Below are positions 39,235 through 48,532 of a stretch of DNA of 64,000 bases, one piece after another. Positions within the stretch are counted from its first letter, which is position 1. The number at the start of each line of letters is the position of its first letter. The translations under genes were made by a program, and so were the position numbers. A model generated the notes under the pieces. That model was given only the letters and a program-made list of their open reading frames with translations, was not told the DNA's origin and did no database searches. The stretch comes from Candidatus Aenigmatarchaeota archaeon (GTDB lineage: Archaea > Aenigmatarchaeota > Aenigmatarchaeia > QMZP01 > JAFGSV01). The stretch lies in the NCBI GenBank assembly GCA_016931255.1, contig JAFGFG010000005.1:7053-71052 (forward strand). The letters run 5' to 3'.

Positions 39235-40229
39235 TATTATATAGACATATATGTTTTCGGACCGCAGTTTCATACGCAAAAAAGTGCCCCCCTTGCCAGA
39301 GGCTCGGAGGTGTTAGATTGGGTGCGAAAAAAAAATAGTGAAAAAATAGTATGGATGTATATGAATAAACATACTATTACAGACATATAATATCACTATA
39401 GATATCGGTTTCAAGTTATTTTTCCAGCGATTTTGTTAAAATATTCAGTATCACAGAAACAGGAAAATCATTTATGATATTTATGAAAAATTATTTTTAT
39501 ACGTTATCAACTGTCATTTTCACTTGATTTTTCAGCTTATTTTTTACCTCTGAAAATAACCAGCCAAAAACAAGGATTTCTATTACCAGGAGAAATTGAA
39601 ATGCAGCCATAAGCCCGGGTGCGAATCATGCCTCATGATATAGCGGTTTCAGTGAGATTTTCCAGGCATATGAGGTTCAATAAAAATCTTCCGGGATTTC
39701 TTCCATTACCAGAGGTTATAAAATGAAAAGCAGTTATGAAAACGCGGTTTTTGAAGGACATTTTATGAAAAAATCCCGGATTTTCTGAAGTTTTAATGAA
39801 TGTTTAACATTCTTTTTCCGTACGTGCTAATACCGCTGTAATAGTATAGACCCACAGTCAGTGTTTTTCCCTCTTTGTCATTCCCGGTGTTTTCAAGTAT
39901 ATGTTTCTGCGGAGGTCTGATTGGGCAGTCTCATAACCTGATATTGAAGACATGATTTTCATTTGCTTTTTTGGTTCTTCTCCCAGAATTCAGAACAGAC
40001 CCTATGCATTTCCGGACAGCTGCCCTGGAAATCCCGGAAATGCCATGATATGACGATTGTCATATTTCTGGACTTTTAAAAACCATTGAAAGTTCCGACA
40101 GCTATTATACTGACGTAAATGCTATTATTCGGCAGTAATAATGGCTATTCCTTCAGGGAATTGAAAGATGAGCATATATTTTTAAGGCGCCTAACCAAAT
40201 AAGCTAAATCAGAATGGAGGTATGAAATA
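39235..40229. other. ~1-kb ORF-free AT-rich region with repeated GAAATCCCGG motifs and a 10-bp palindrome
   Basis: No ORF above 60 aa on either strand. Motif gaaatcccgg at ~39773 and ~40028, plus an inverted copy at ~39691. Perfect inverted repeat gcatttccgg(N18)ccggaaatgc at ~40000-40040. Paired motifs ttcYattaccagRag...aaaatg at ~39577 and ~39695. Direct repeat aaaaaatagt x2 at ~39310. TATA-like atatttttaagg and ggaggt upstream of the SatP start. Confidence 0.6.
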
Positions 40230-40796
40230 ATGGAAAACAAAATCGCGAATCCTGCACCGCTTGGGCTGATGGGCTTCGGCATGACTACAGTCCTGCTGAA
40301 TATCCACAATGCAGGCTTCTTTGCGCTCGGCACGATGATACTCGCAATGGGCATCTTCTACGGCGGAATAGCGCAGGTAATTGCAGGGATTCTTGAGTTC
40401 AGAAAGAACAACACCTTCGGAGCTACAGCCTTCACATCATACGGACTCTTCTGGCTTACGTTCGTGTATCTCGTAACTGCACCTCTTGCAGGCCTCGGCA
40501 CAGCACCGGGAACAACTGCTCTTGGGTTCTACCTGTTCATGTGGGGCGTTTTCACGTTCTTCATGTTCTTCGGCACGCTCAAGTCCAACAGGGCGCTCCA
40601 GTTCATCTTCGGGTCACTGGCAGTGCTGTTCTTCATGCTGGCAATCGGAGACTTTACAGGAATCCAGATAATCAAGACACTGGCAGGATACGAGGGCATA
40701 ATATGCGGATCGTCGACAATATATCTGGCAATGGCTGAGGTTCTGAATGAATCCTACGGAAGGGAAGTACTGCCCATAGGCACACCCAAGAAATGA
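40230..40796 (+). CDS. GPR1/FUN34/YaaH (SatP) family acetate/succinate channel
   Basis: [14 protein letters not shown] signature and six TM helices. 188 aa. Confidence 0.85.
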   Translation: MENKIANPAPLGLMGFGMTTVLLNIHNAGFFALGTMILAMGIFYGGIAQVIAGILEFRKNNTFGATAFTSYGLFWLTFVYLVTAPLAGLGTAPGTTALGFYLFMWGVFTFFMFFGTLKSNRALQFIFGSLAVLFFMLAIGDFTGIQIIKTLAGYEGIICGSSTIYLAMAEVLNESYGREVLPIGTPKK

Positions 40797-40818
40797 GGGC
40801 AGCTTCCAGCTTTCTTTT

Positions 40819-41184
40819 TTATCCTGAAAACGGAAGGTTTATGCCAAGCGCTCCGCTGGACTCCGGGAACATCGTGTAGAATGTGTCAACTATGTTCACG
40901 GAGACATATATCAGCGCAATGAAGAGCAGCACGAATACAAACAGCGCTATTATGAGTTTTTTCGAGACACCGCCGCTTTTCTTCTCTTTTGCGGGCTGTG
41001 CCTGCTGTGGGGGCACATTCCGCGGCTGAGCCACAGGCAACTGGGATGATCCTCCCATAAGAATTGCCTGATTTATCTCCTCTTCCGGCCACTGCTTCTC
41101 CCTGAGGGCGGCTTTCACATCCTCTACGTTCATGCCTCTTCTCAGGCTGTCCTTCACATAATTTACGATGCCTTCATCTACCAT
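40819..41184 (-). CDS. small membrane protein (one TM), Pro/Gln-rich linker
   Basis: 121 aa. Soluble N-terminal domain, then PQQAQPAKEKK linker, then TM LIIALFVFVLLFIALIYVSV. It lies 4 nt downstream of the secretion ATPase gene. Confidence 0.45.
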   Translation of the reverse strand: MVDEGIVNYVKDSLRRGMNVEDVKAALREKQWPEEEINQAILMGGSSQLPVAQPRNVPPQQAQPAKEKKSGGVSKKLIIALFVFVLLFIALIYVSVNIVDTFYTMFPESSGALGINLPFSG

Positions 41185-41188
41185 ATAA

Positions 41189-42763
41189 TCACTTTGACTC
41201 GTCCTCTACCCTGTCGAGCATGGCTTTTGGATCAGCATAATACTCAGAAACAATCCTCCCGACTTCGTTTATGTCATTGACACCCTTGTCAGTCATCCAT
41301 TCGAGAACAGCCTTTTTCTGCTCAAGGTTCTTTCCAAGCTCCTCGTCATCCATGCCTGTGAACAGCTTTATGTCATTCAGGACCCTGTGGGACTTGCCCC
41401 ACTGCATTATCTGGTCCTTGGAAGGTATCCACCTGAACACAGTGTTCAGCTCTATCCTCATCTCATCCATGCCGCCTGACGAAATGAGCTCGCTTATCTC
41501 GAGAAGCCTTCTCACGTTTCTTCTCCTGTCCCTGTGCATTACAGCTATCAGCTGGAGCGATGCAAGCATTGTCTGGGGTATGTTTATCGGCGGGTTGACA
41601 AGACGTCTGAACGTCTCTTCAGCAGTGTTCGCGTGGAGTGTCGAGTAAACAGAGTGACCTGTGTGTATGGCTTCGAAAAGCACCTCAGCCTCCCTGCTTC
41701 GTCTGATTTCACCGACCATTATCCTGTCAGGCCTCATCCTGAGTGAGTTCACCATGAGGTCAAGCATGCTTACTTCACCTTTTCCCTCCGGGTTGGGAGG
41801 CCTTGTCGTAAGAGGCACCCAGTGCATGAACTTCGGCAGCTGTATCTCCCTGGTCTCCTCAATTGACAGCACTCTATGATTGGGCGGTATGAATGACGTT
41901 AGAACATTGAGAAGGCTGGTCTTTCCGCTGGCTGTTCCGCCTGCTACGACTATGTTGAGCTCGTACTGTATGGCAAGCCAGAGGAATGCCGCAACCTCGG
42001 ATGTTATGGTCCCTTCCTTTATGAAGTCTGTTATGGCCCATGGCCTTCTTGCGAATTTCCGGATTGTAAGTGTGTTTCCGTTGGATGATATGGGAAAGAG
42101 CGTGGCATTAGCCCTGTCCCCTGATGTCATGTAAGCATCCATAAGCGGCTCCAGATTGGTTATCTGGGTACCGACCCTTCTTCCTATGAGAGCTGAATAA
42201 TTGTAAGTGGCTGTCTCCGAAGGCAGGTAGACGTTAGTCTTCAGCCATCCTCTCTTGACATGGTAAGCCCACATAGGCTCTTTCGAAGAGTTTATGACAA
42301 GCTCTTCCAGGTTCTCATCCTGAAGGAGCATCTCTATTATGCCGAGACCGAGCGCATTGTGCATCAGTATTCCAGCCAGCGTCCTTTGCTTCTTTATTGA
42401 AAGGTGGGGAAGATCATCCCTTACCATTGAGAAGGCCTTCATGAAGAACCTTTCCTTGAGGTTTTTCATTTCATCAGGATTGAGCACCTCGCCGAACGGT
42501 ATTACAGTCTCCTGTATCATTCTCTCCCTTATGTCTTCGAGAACAGCCTTGGTCGCAGGCTCTGTTTCAGGCACCTCTATCTTGTAGATAGGGACATACT
42601 CATTCGGTTCCCATGATATCGTGACAGCAGCAGGAACCCCGTCAAGCTCGAAGTCGTAGGTGTCGACGACCTTTCTGGCGTCAACTATCTTTATCTCCTT
42701 GCCTCCTGCCGGCTTCTCCGGGATTTTCTCCTCTTTCACTGGCTTTTTACTTTTTTCTGCCAT
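41189..42763 (-). CDS. type II/IV secretion system ATPase (archaeal PilB/FlaI-like)
   Basis: Walker A VAGGTASGKTSLLNVL. Asp/His boxes. 524 aa. Confidence 0.8.
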   Translation of the reverse strand: MAEKSKKPVKEEKIPEKPAGGKEIKIVDARKVVDTYDFELDGVPAAVTISWEPNEYVPIYKIEVPETEPATKAVLEDIRERMIQETVIPFGEVLNPDEMKNLKERFFMKAFSMVRDDLPHLSIKKQRTLAGILMHNALGLGIIEMLLQDENLEELVINSSKEPMWAYHVKRGWLKTNVYLPSETATYNYSALIGRRVGTQITNLEPLMDAYMTSGDRANATLFPISSNGNTLTIRKFARRPWAITDFIKEGTITSEVAAFLWLAIQYELNIVVAGGTASGKTSLLNVLTSFIPPNHRVLSIEETREIQLPKFMHWVPLTTRPPNPEGKGEVSMLDLMVNSLRMRPDRIMVGEIRRSREAEVLFEAIHTGHSVYSTLHANTAEETFRRLVNPPINIPQTMLASLQLIAVMHRDRRRNVRRLLEISELISSGGMDEMRIELNTVFRWIPSKDQIMQWGKSHRVLNDIKLFTGMDDEELGKNLEQKKAVLEWMTDKGVNDINEVGRIVSEYYADPKAMLDRVEDESK

Positions 42764-43427
42764 ATTTCTTCTCCCTGATTATCACAATCTTCGGGTCGCC
42801 GAATGGCGGATATTTGAGCTTGGCCATCTTATAGTCCTCAAGTACGCCTGCCCACTTTTCAATCCTTTCCTTTTCAACATTGAATTCCTTGGCTGCATCC
42901 GAAAGGCTGATTTCCCCTTTCATCTTGACGAGCAACAGGAGCTTGTCTATATTGGTCTCAAGCTTCGTTTCGTCCACGTTCTCAAATGCCATTTTTCTCA
43001 TTGCGGGGTGTTCTGTCAGGTAGTCGGAGACAACGCTGACAACATCCGCCCTTGTTATTATGCCTACAATCCTTTCCTTCTCAACAACAGGCACGCGGTT
43101 TATGTCCTTCTCGTCTATAATCTTTATGACTGCACTCAGGTCGTCGTTGGGCGAGACACATATGATATTCTTTGTCATCAGGTCCTTCGACTTCAGGGAT
43201 GCCTTTTCCTTGAGCATCTTGTCTTCCTTCTCTATCAAGTTCATGATATTCTTCTCATCCACGAATTTGAGTATATCGGATTCGCTTACGAGACCAAGAA
43301 CCTTTCCCTTTTCCACTACAGGGGCGCCACTTATCTTTTTTTCTGCGAACAGGTCAACAATGTCATAGAACGTGTCGTCAGGGCTTAATGTCACTACATC
43401 CTTTATCATGATGTCTTTTACTTTCAT
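42747..43427 (-). CDS. CBS-domain pair protein with C-terminal HTH-like domain
   Basis: Two CBS motifs (MIKDVVTLSPDDTFYDIVDLF and the second around ICVSPNDDLSAV). C-terminal EISLSDAAKEFNVEKERIEKW is helix-turn-helix-like. Overlaps the ATPase start by 17 nt. Confidence 0.7.
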   Translation of the reverse strand: MKVKDIMIKDVVTLSPDDTFYDIVDLFAEKKISGAPVVEKGKVLGLVSESDILKFVDEKNIMNLIEKEDKMLKEKASLKSKDLMTKNIICVSPNDDLSAVIKIIDEKDINRVPVVEKERIVGIITRADVVSVVSDYLTEHPAMRKMAFENVDETKLETNIDKLLLLVKMKGEISLSDAAKEFNVEKERIEKWAGVLEDYKMAKLKYPPFGDPKIVIIREKKYGRKK

Positions 43428-43513
43428 GCTTAACAGTTAATAATTGCATAAAGTCCCATATAAATCTCTCATTTGGGTGTCACAAATTTTAATTGAATGC
43501 GGCATTATTAGTT

Positions 43514-44074
43514 ATGATAATCGGACTCACAGGAAAGCGCGGCACAGGAAAGGACACTGTTGCCGACTATCTCGTCGGGAAGCACGGCTTCCAGAACCTG
43601 AGCTTCACGGACGAGCTCCTTACTCCTGAGCTGAAGAGGCAGGAAAAGGAAGTCACGCGCGACAATCTCATAGAGCTTGCGATGGACGAGCGGAAAAAGC
43701 ATCACAATGGAATATGGGCAGAAAGGATATGCGATGTACTGAAAGGCAGGAAAAACATGGATTTCGCCATATCCGGCGTGCGCTTCACAGAGGAGGCGGA
43801 CGCATTCAGGGAGGCGTTCGGAGGAAAGTTCATTCTGGTGGCACTCGTAGCTGATGAGCGTACACGCTATGACCGGTGCAGGCTCAGGGGAACGAAGGGA
43901 GAAGGAGAGATGACATTCGGCGAGTACATGGAAAGGGAGAAGAGGCCGACTGAGGTCGCGATACTGGAGACCGTCAAGAGGGCTGATTACGTGATTGACA
44001 ACAACGGAAGCCAGAAAGAGCTCTTCTCAAAGGTCGACGGGATTGTTAAGCTTTTAAAAGAAAATCACGGATAA
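43514..44074 (+). CDS. P-loop nucleotide kinase (dephospho-CoA kinase/dNMP kinase-like)
   Basis: MIIGLTGKRGTGKDTVADYL Walker A at the N-terminus. ~186 aa from the internal Met. The ORF track start at 43493 adds 7 residues. Confidence 0.55.
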   Translation: MIIGLTGKRGTGKDTVADYLVGKHGFQNLSFTDELLTPELKRQEKEVTRDNLIELAMDERKKHHNGIWAERICDVLKGRKNMDFAISGVRFTEEADAFREAFGGKFILVALVADERTRYDRCRLRGTKGEGEMTFGEYMEREKRPTEVAILETVKRADYVIDNNGSQKELFSKVDGIVKLLKENHG

Positions 44075-44152
44075 TATTCTGTAACATGCCAGGTGTTCAT
44101 GCTCTGGAAAAGCCCGAACGCCAAAAACTGAAATCATAAAAACATCAGAAAC

Positions 44153-44224
44153 GCCTCGGTGGCTCAACGGTAGAGCGGCGGTTTTGTAAACCGCAGGTTG
44201 GGGGTTCGATTCCCTCCCGAGGCT
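44153..44224 (+). tRNA. tRNA-Thr (anticodon TGT)
   Basis: Cloverleaf by hand. Acceptor GCCTCGG/CCGAGGC. D arm GCTC-AACGGTA-GAGC. Anticodon arm GCGGT-TTTGTAA-ACCGC (U33, anticodon TGT, A37). T arm GGGGG-TTCGATT-CCCTC. Discriminator T. No encoded CCA. Confidence 0.8.
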
Positions 44225-44307
44225 TGACTTCGCCTTTGATACTTTTTTTGATAATGTTTTACGTCCACATGATAATATTTATAAATAATGTGCCCGTATA
44301 ATAAACT

Positions 44308-44766
44308 ATGACATATACAGAAGTAAAGGAGAGGAATGGAAAGAGGTATTACTATAGGGTTAGAAGTATAAGAAACGGCGATAAGTTCCGAAAGGAGCGG
44401 ATATATATGGGAATTGGCCTGTCTGGGAGCGAGTTGTCTGAAAAGGAAGTGCTCGCAGATAAGAAATTGATGAAAGATAAAATAGAGATCGGCCTGAAGT
44501 CGATAAAACCGAAGATAGTCAGTGTACTTAAGAAAAACAACATCAAAAGGGCTGGAATATTCGGAAGCTATGCTCGGGGAGAACAGAAAAAGAACAGTGA
44601 CGTTGACATCTTAATTAGACCCCCAAAGAATACTGGCTTCGGGTTTGCGGGAATTGAGCTTGAACTCGAGAAGAAACTCAAGAAAAATGTAGATTTGGTA
44701 AGCTACAATGGTATAAGTCCTTACACGAAAGATCGGATTTTGCAGGAGGAAGTCAGAATATTATGA
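44308..44766 (+). CDS. minimal nucleotidyltransferase (MNT) antitoxin-type protein
   Basis: GIFGSYARGEQKKNSDVDILI nucleotidyltransferase motif. Overlaps downstream hepT by 4 nt. Confidence 0.8.
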   Translation: MTYTEVKERNGKRYYYRVRSIRNGDKFRKERIYMGIGLSGSELSEKEVLADKKLMKDKIEIGLKSIKPKIVSVLKKNNIKRAGIFGSYARGEQKKNSDVDILIRPPKNTGFGFAGIELELEKKLKKNVDLVSYNGISPYTKDRILQEEVRIL

Positions 44767-45113
44767 ATGGAAAAAATGACATTGTTTACATCAAGCACGT
44801 CATGGACAGCATAGGTGCCATAAACGATTTTTCAAGGGGGATTAGCAAGAGGGAACTAAAGACCAACAGAATGAAGCGTAGTGCGATAGTGAGGGAAATA
44901 GAGATAATAGGGGAAGCTGTCAAGAACGTTTCGAGTGCTACTAAGAACAGATACCGCCATATACGATGGAAAGAGATTGCCGGAACCAGAGACAAAATGA
45001 TACATCACTATTTCGGTGTCGATTTGGACATTGTCATGTCAATCGTAACAAATGATATCCCCATTCTGGAAAAGGAAATGCTTAAGATACTGAAAGATAT
45101 GGAAAAGTATTAA
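44763..45113 (+). CDS. HepT-like HEPN toxin (DUF86)
   Basis: RDKMIHHYFGVD matches the HepT Rx4HxY motif. 116 aa. Confidence 0.8.
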   Translation: MNGKNDIVYIKHVMDSIGAINDFSRGISKRELKTNRMKRSAIVREIEIIGEAVKNVSSATKNRYRHIRWKEIAGTRDKMIHHYFGVDLDIVMSIVTNDIPILEKEMLKILKDMEKY

Positions 45114-45175
45114 GGAAATATTTTAAGGACTGCAAGCTAAATACCTACTGTAAGAATTGAGATTATTGTCAACTC

Positions 45176-45188
45176 CCTCCCGAGGCTT
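45176..45188 (+). repeat. direct repeat of tRNA-Thr 3' end (att-like copy 1)
   Basis: tccctcccgaggcttg: 16 of 16 identical to tRNA positions 44210-44225. Confidence 0.7.
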
Positions 45189-45221
45189 GTCACTTCTATA
45201 CAATCCCGATTGATATCATTT

Positions 45222-46133
45222 TCAAGCAGACTTTAAATATTTTTTCTTTATGTAATTTATGAAAGGACGTTCTTTTTTCTCTATCTGGTATTTGTCCAGT
45301 ACATCGTAGTATTTTTCAATGTCTTCTATAGGTATATCTATTGGCGGGTATCCCTTCTTCCATAGTATCCAGTTCATGAGCAGTCTTGAAAGTCTTGAGT
45401 TGCCGTCGATAAATGGCTGCATCGATATGATTTTAATGTGGATTAGTGATGCAAGTTCAATTGGATGCAGTTTCCTGTTCTCGGACTTATACCACTTGAA
45501 GAATCTGTCGATTTCCTTTGATAACTCATTCCATTTGGGTGGGACGTAAGATGTTCCTGCTATCTTGACATTCCTTTTCAGTTCAGATCTCAACTTTCCT
45601 GCTATTGAATCGTCAACGCCTGAAAGCAGTAGTTTATGAAGATTTTTGATGAATCTTATGTTGAGAACACCTTTGTATTTGGTTATAGCGATAATTCCTT
45701 TTTCATGATTTTCAAGCTCCCTTGCTGTTTTGAGACTCTTGAAATCTTTAGGAATGAAACCCTCCCTAAGAATCAGCGAAGTTTGCCTCAGCGTTACATC
45801 AACACCCGAAAGCTTGCTACTGTCGTAAGTGAACCTTATTATGAACTCTTGGAACTTGTTATTCTTTTCAGTCGAGCTCATCTTCTTTAGCTCGCTCTCG
45901 TATTGCTCCCTTTTCGCTTCTATCTTCTTGACATCTTCGCCTGAAAGAAAAGCGTGCTTTCTCCCATCCAGATTTGCCAGGAACTCTTTTTTGATATATT
46001 CTAGTCTGTCTTTTGGTGGCAGTGTTTTCCCTATGTATTTCTTCTTCTGTAATACCTTCTTTCCAACTCTTACCGAATGTATCAGTATCCAATAATCATT
46101 CCCGTTGACCTTAATCTTCTTTGCAGTTACCAT
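45222..46133 (-). CDS. Fic/DOC-family protein
   Basis: Fic motif HPFIDGNSRLSRLL (HPFx[DE]GN[GS]R). 303 aa. Confidence 0.75.
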   Translation of the reverse strand: MVTAKKIKVNGNDYWILIHSVRVGKKVLQKKKYIGKTLPPKDRLEYIKKEFLANLDGRKHAFLSGEDVKKIEAKREQYESELKKMSSTEKNNKFQEFIIRFTYDSSKLSGVDVTLRQTSLILREGFIPKDFKSLKTARELENHEKGIIAITKYKGVLNIRFIKNLHKLLLSGVDDSIAGKLRSELKRNVKIAGTSYVPPKWNELSKEIDRFFKWYKSENRKLHPIELASLIHIKIISMQPFIDGNSRLSRLLMNWILWKKGYPPIDIPIEDIEKYYDVLDKYQIEKKERPFINYIKKKYLKSA

Positions 46134-46241
46134 GAATAATTTATGTACTACATATATTTATAAGTTTATCTTATGTACTACATGATTAAAATAAACCATT
46201 CGCCACTTTTTGTCCCGCTCCCCGGCGATTATCTATCCGGC

Positions 46242-46254
46242 CCTCCCGAGGCTT
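46242..46254 (+). repeat. direct repeat of tRNA-Thr 3' end (att-like copy 2)
   Basis: gccctcccgaggctt. 14-nt match to the tRNA 3' end. Confidence 0.65.
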
Positions 46255-46292
46255 CGTAAGTTCTCTTGATACATTTTTTTTTGTTAATTGAA

Positions 46293-46697
46293 TTATTTAT
46301 CTAGTTCCTTTATGATATTCCTGCATTTTTTTATTGCATCCTTTGCTATATCAAAATCCATTCTACTCCCATAATAAGTAAGGGAATTTCTTTTGAATCT
46401 CATGTCGTCAAATATCATATATAGGTCTTTTCTTTTGAGTGCGTCTCTCAAATAAAATCCCAGACATATATGATTCAGTATATTATATCCATCCTTGAAG
46501 GACATTGACTGCAGCAGTTCAATTAAAGACGTGTAATAATCTTCAAAGACGAAGTTGCAGTTCTTTTCATTTACTTCTCTGATCAGGTCTACTCTTTCTT
46601 TTGCTGTTTCTATTAGCGATTCTGCCCTTTTTACATCCGGAGACACACGTCTTGCTGTCATGTCATCCAGGCAGTCGTTCCAGCTTTTTTCCTTCAC
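46293..46697 (-). CDS. HEPN-domain protein (toxin-type)
   Basis: 134-aa all-helical pattern with an RFKRNSLTYYG Rx4-6H-like region. Abuts the MNT gene stop-to-start. Confidence 0.6.
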   Translation of the reverse strand: MKEKSWNDCLDDMTARRVSPDVKRAESLIETAKERVDLIREVNEKNCNFVFEDYYTSLIELLQSMSFKDGYNILNHICLGFYLRDALKRKDLYMIFDDMRFKRNSLTYYGSRMDFDIAKDAIKKCRNIIKELDK

Positions 46698-47225
46698 TTA
46701 GAAGACCTCCATATAATTGTTCATTGTTATGCCGTTTATTATGTTATTTGCCAGATTTGGGTTCGTAATTTCTCTGATGTTCTTATGCTGAAATATCTGA
46801 ATGTCCCGCTTAAGAACATTTTCAAACTTTTCAAGAGTTACACGCTTCTTTGTCGGTGTTTCTATATACAAATCTATATCGCCGCTTTCAATGTCTTCTC
46901 CCTTTGAATATGAACCGAAAACAACTATTGTGGGGTTGCTAAGTTCCCTTTTTAGATACTCTAAAAGTCCTGAGGTATACAATTGCTTTATGTTGTAAAG
47001 CTTCTTTTCCAAAATGAATTTTTCGCTTCTGCTTGCAGTGTAGAAAACAACACTTCCTGTTTTGACAGATGTCAGGACATCTTCCCTTTCAAGATCCCTG
47101 CAATACCTTATAACCGACGGCAGTGGAAGCTTTAGCGTTCTCTCAATCTCTCTCACTCTAAGCTTGGCAGTCGTGTTAACAAAGAAGTATTCGGTAATTA
47201 CTTGTTTGATATTTTTCTGTATCAT
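46698..47225 (-). CDS. wHTH-nucleotidyltransferase (MNT) protein
   Basis: VVFGSYSKGEDIESGDIDLYIE nucleotidyltransferase motif. N-terminal winged-helix-like region. Confidence 0.75.
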   Translation of the reverse strand: MIQKNIKQVITEYFFVNTTAKLRVREIERTLKLPLPSVIRYCRDLEREDVLTSVKTGSVVFYTASRSEKFILEKKLYNIKQLYTSGLLEYLKRELSNPTIVVFGSYSKGEDIESGDIDLYIETPTKKRVTLEKFENVLKRDIQIFQHKNIREITNPNLANNIINGITMNNYMEVF

Positions 47226-47278
47226 GTGATAATATATTATATCAACTGATATTTAAAGATATCGATACTTTTTATCGG

Positions 47279-47731
47279 TTACGAATCATGGCTTTTGATG
47301 TATTTTGCGTATTCCTGGTCTATACCTTTTATGTGCTGAACAAGCCAGTCTAACAGGTATTTCTTGATTTTTTCCATTAGTTTTTCAATTTCAAGTGAAG
47401 AGAAATTGCCTGAAGTCATATCTTCTTTAAGTTCCGTCTGGAAGTCCTTGTAGAACTGGATGAAATTTGCGTGTATTTTTTTATGGCCTTCGAGACCTGG
47501 AAAATCATTCTTCTCCATGTATTCCTCTTCGTAAGCAAAATGTTCTTTGATATATGTGTACAGGAAATGGCCGGTTTCTCTTAGAGACCCCATATCAACA
47601 TTTAATGATGACAGGATGTCAATCAGCTTGTTTATCTGGCCAATCAGTTTCTTGTGCTGCGTGTCAATCGTTTCCTCACCAACCGACATGGAAGAATTCC
47701 ATGCAACCTTTTTTTCGTATCCCATAATCAT
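47279..47731 (-). CDS. hemerythrin-like metal-binding protein
   Basis: IDTQHKKL, YIKEHFAYEEEYM and HKKIHANF are spaced like the hemerythrin HHE cation-binding motifs. 150 aa. Confidence 0.6.
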   Translation of the reverse strand: MIMGYEKKVAWNSSMSVGEETIDTQHKKLIGQINKLIDILSSLNVDMGSLRETGHFLYTYIKEHFAYEEEYMEKNDFPGLEGHKKIHANFIQFYKDFQTELKEDMTSGNFSSLEIEKLMEKIKKYLLDWLVQHIKGIDQEYAKYIKSHDS

Positions 47732-47796
47732 TATTTGTCCATTGTTTCTTAAACAATCGCTGCCTTTTACTCTTTCCCCATGATACCATGCCCGGG

Positions 47797-47809
47797 CCTC
47801 CCGAGGCTT
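47797..47809 (+). repeat. direct repeat of tRNA-Thr 3' end (att-like copy 3)
   Basis: cctcccgaggctt. 13-nt match. Confidence 0.65.
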
Positions 47810-47879
47810 TTGTGACTTATTCTCATCAATGAGTAAAATGGAAAAAACTTTTTAATCAAAAAAATAAAAATATATTAAT

Positions 47880-48425
47880 ATGAAACCTCTTAGGAAAGAT
47901 TCAGGTTCAGCTATAGAACGCAGGAAGGCGGGGAATACGCTTAAATCATCCGAAGTGCGGTACCGCAGGCTGTTCGAGGCAGCGCAGGACGGGATTATCC
48001 TCCTGGATTTTGATACAGGAATTATTCTCGATGTCAATAAGTTTCTGATTGACATGCTTGGCTATTCCAAAGAGGAATTCCTGAATAAGCACATCTGGGA
48101 AATCGGTGTTTTCGAGAATGTCAACACATCAAAGAAATACTTCCGGGAGCTGCAGAAGAAGGATTATATCCGTTACGAAGACATGCCGCTTGAGACCAAG
48201 GAAGGAAAAAAGATTTTTGTTGAGTTCATCAGCAATTCCTACTTCGAAAACGGCAAGAAGACAATCCAGTGCAACATACGCGACATAACAGACCGCAAGC
48301 GTGAAGAAATGGAGTCGCTGAAAGATAGAAATGAAGAGCTTGAAAAATTCACCAACTTTTCCGTTGGCAGGGAACTGAAGATGACTGAACTGAAAAAGAA
48401 GATAGCAGAACTGGAAAAGAAGTAA
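47880..48425 (+). CDS. PAS-domain protein with C-terminal coiled coil
   Basis: YRRLFEAAQDGIILLD...ILDVNKFLIDMLGYSKEEFLNKHIWEI is a typical PAS core. 181 aa. Confidence 0.55.
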   Translation: MKPLRKDSGSAIERRKAGNTLKSSEVRYRRLFEAAQDGIILLDFDTGIILDVNKFLIDMLGYSKEEFLNKHIWEIGVFENVNTSKKYFRELQKKDYIRYEDMPLETKEGKKIFVEFISNSYFENGKKTIQCNIRDITDRKREEMESLKDRNEELEKFTNFSVGRELKMTELKKKIAELEKK

Positions 48426-48532
48426 TGCATTTACCGCCGAACGTAAACCGGCGTTACCGGTTCTCCCCCTGCTTTCAAATTCTTAAGTGAAATCGTGCAA
48501 ATATGTTATTAGTAAAAACGTGGAGGAAATTT

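Larger units (their letters stand above)
44225..47809 (+). mobile_element. tRNA-Thr-linked integration hotspot: three decayed cassettes each ending in a direct copy of the tRNA 3' end
   Basis: Core cctcccgaggctt at 44213-44225 (inside the tRNA), 45176-45188, 46242-46254 and 47797-47809, all in direct orientation. Cassette 1 has MNT+HepT, cassette 2 has Fic, cassette 3 has HEPN+MNT+hemerythrin. No integrase or transposase ORF. Confidence 0.5.

Noticed and set aside
39235-40229. CRISPR array or replication origin in the 1-kb ORF-free region
   Set aside because: The repeats are irregular in spacing and length, with no 25-40-nt repeat-spacer periodicity, so not a CRISPR array. No orc1/cdc6 gene is adjacent and ORB-like consensus is lacking, so oriC is unsupported; it is kept only as a generic unusual region.
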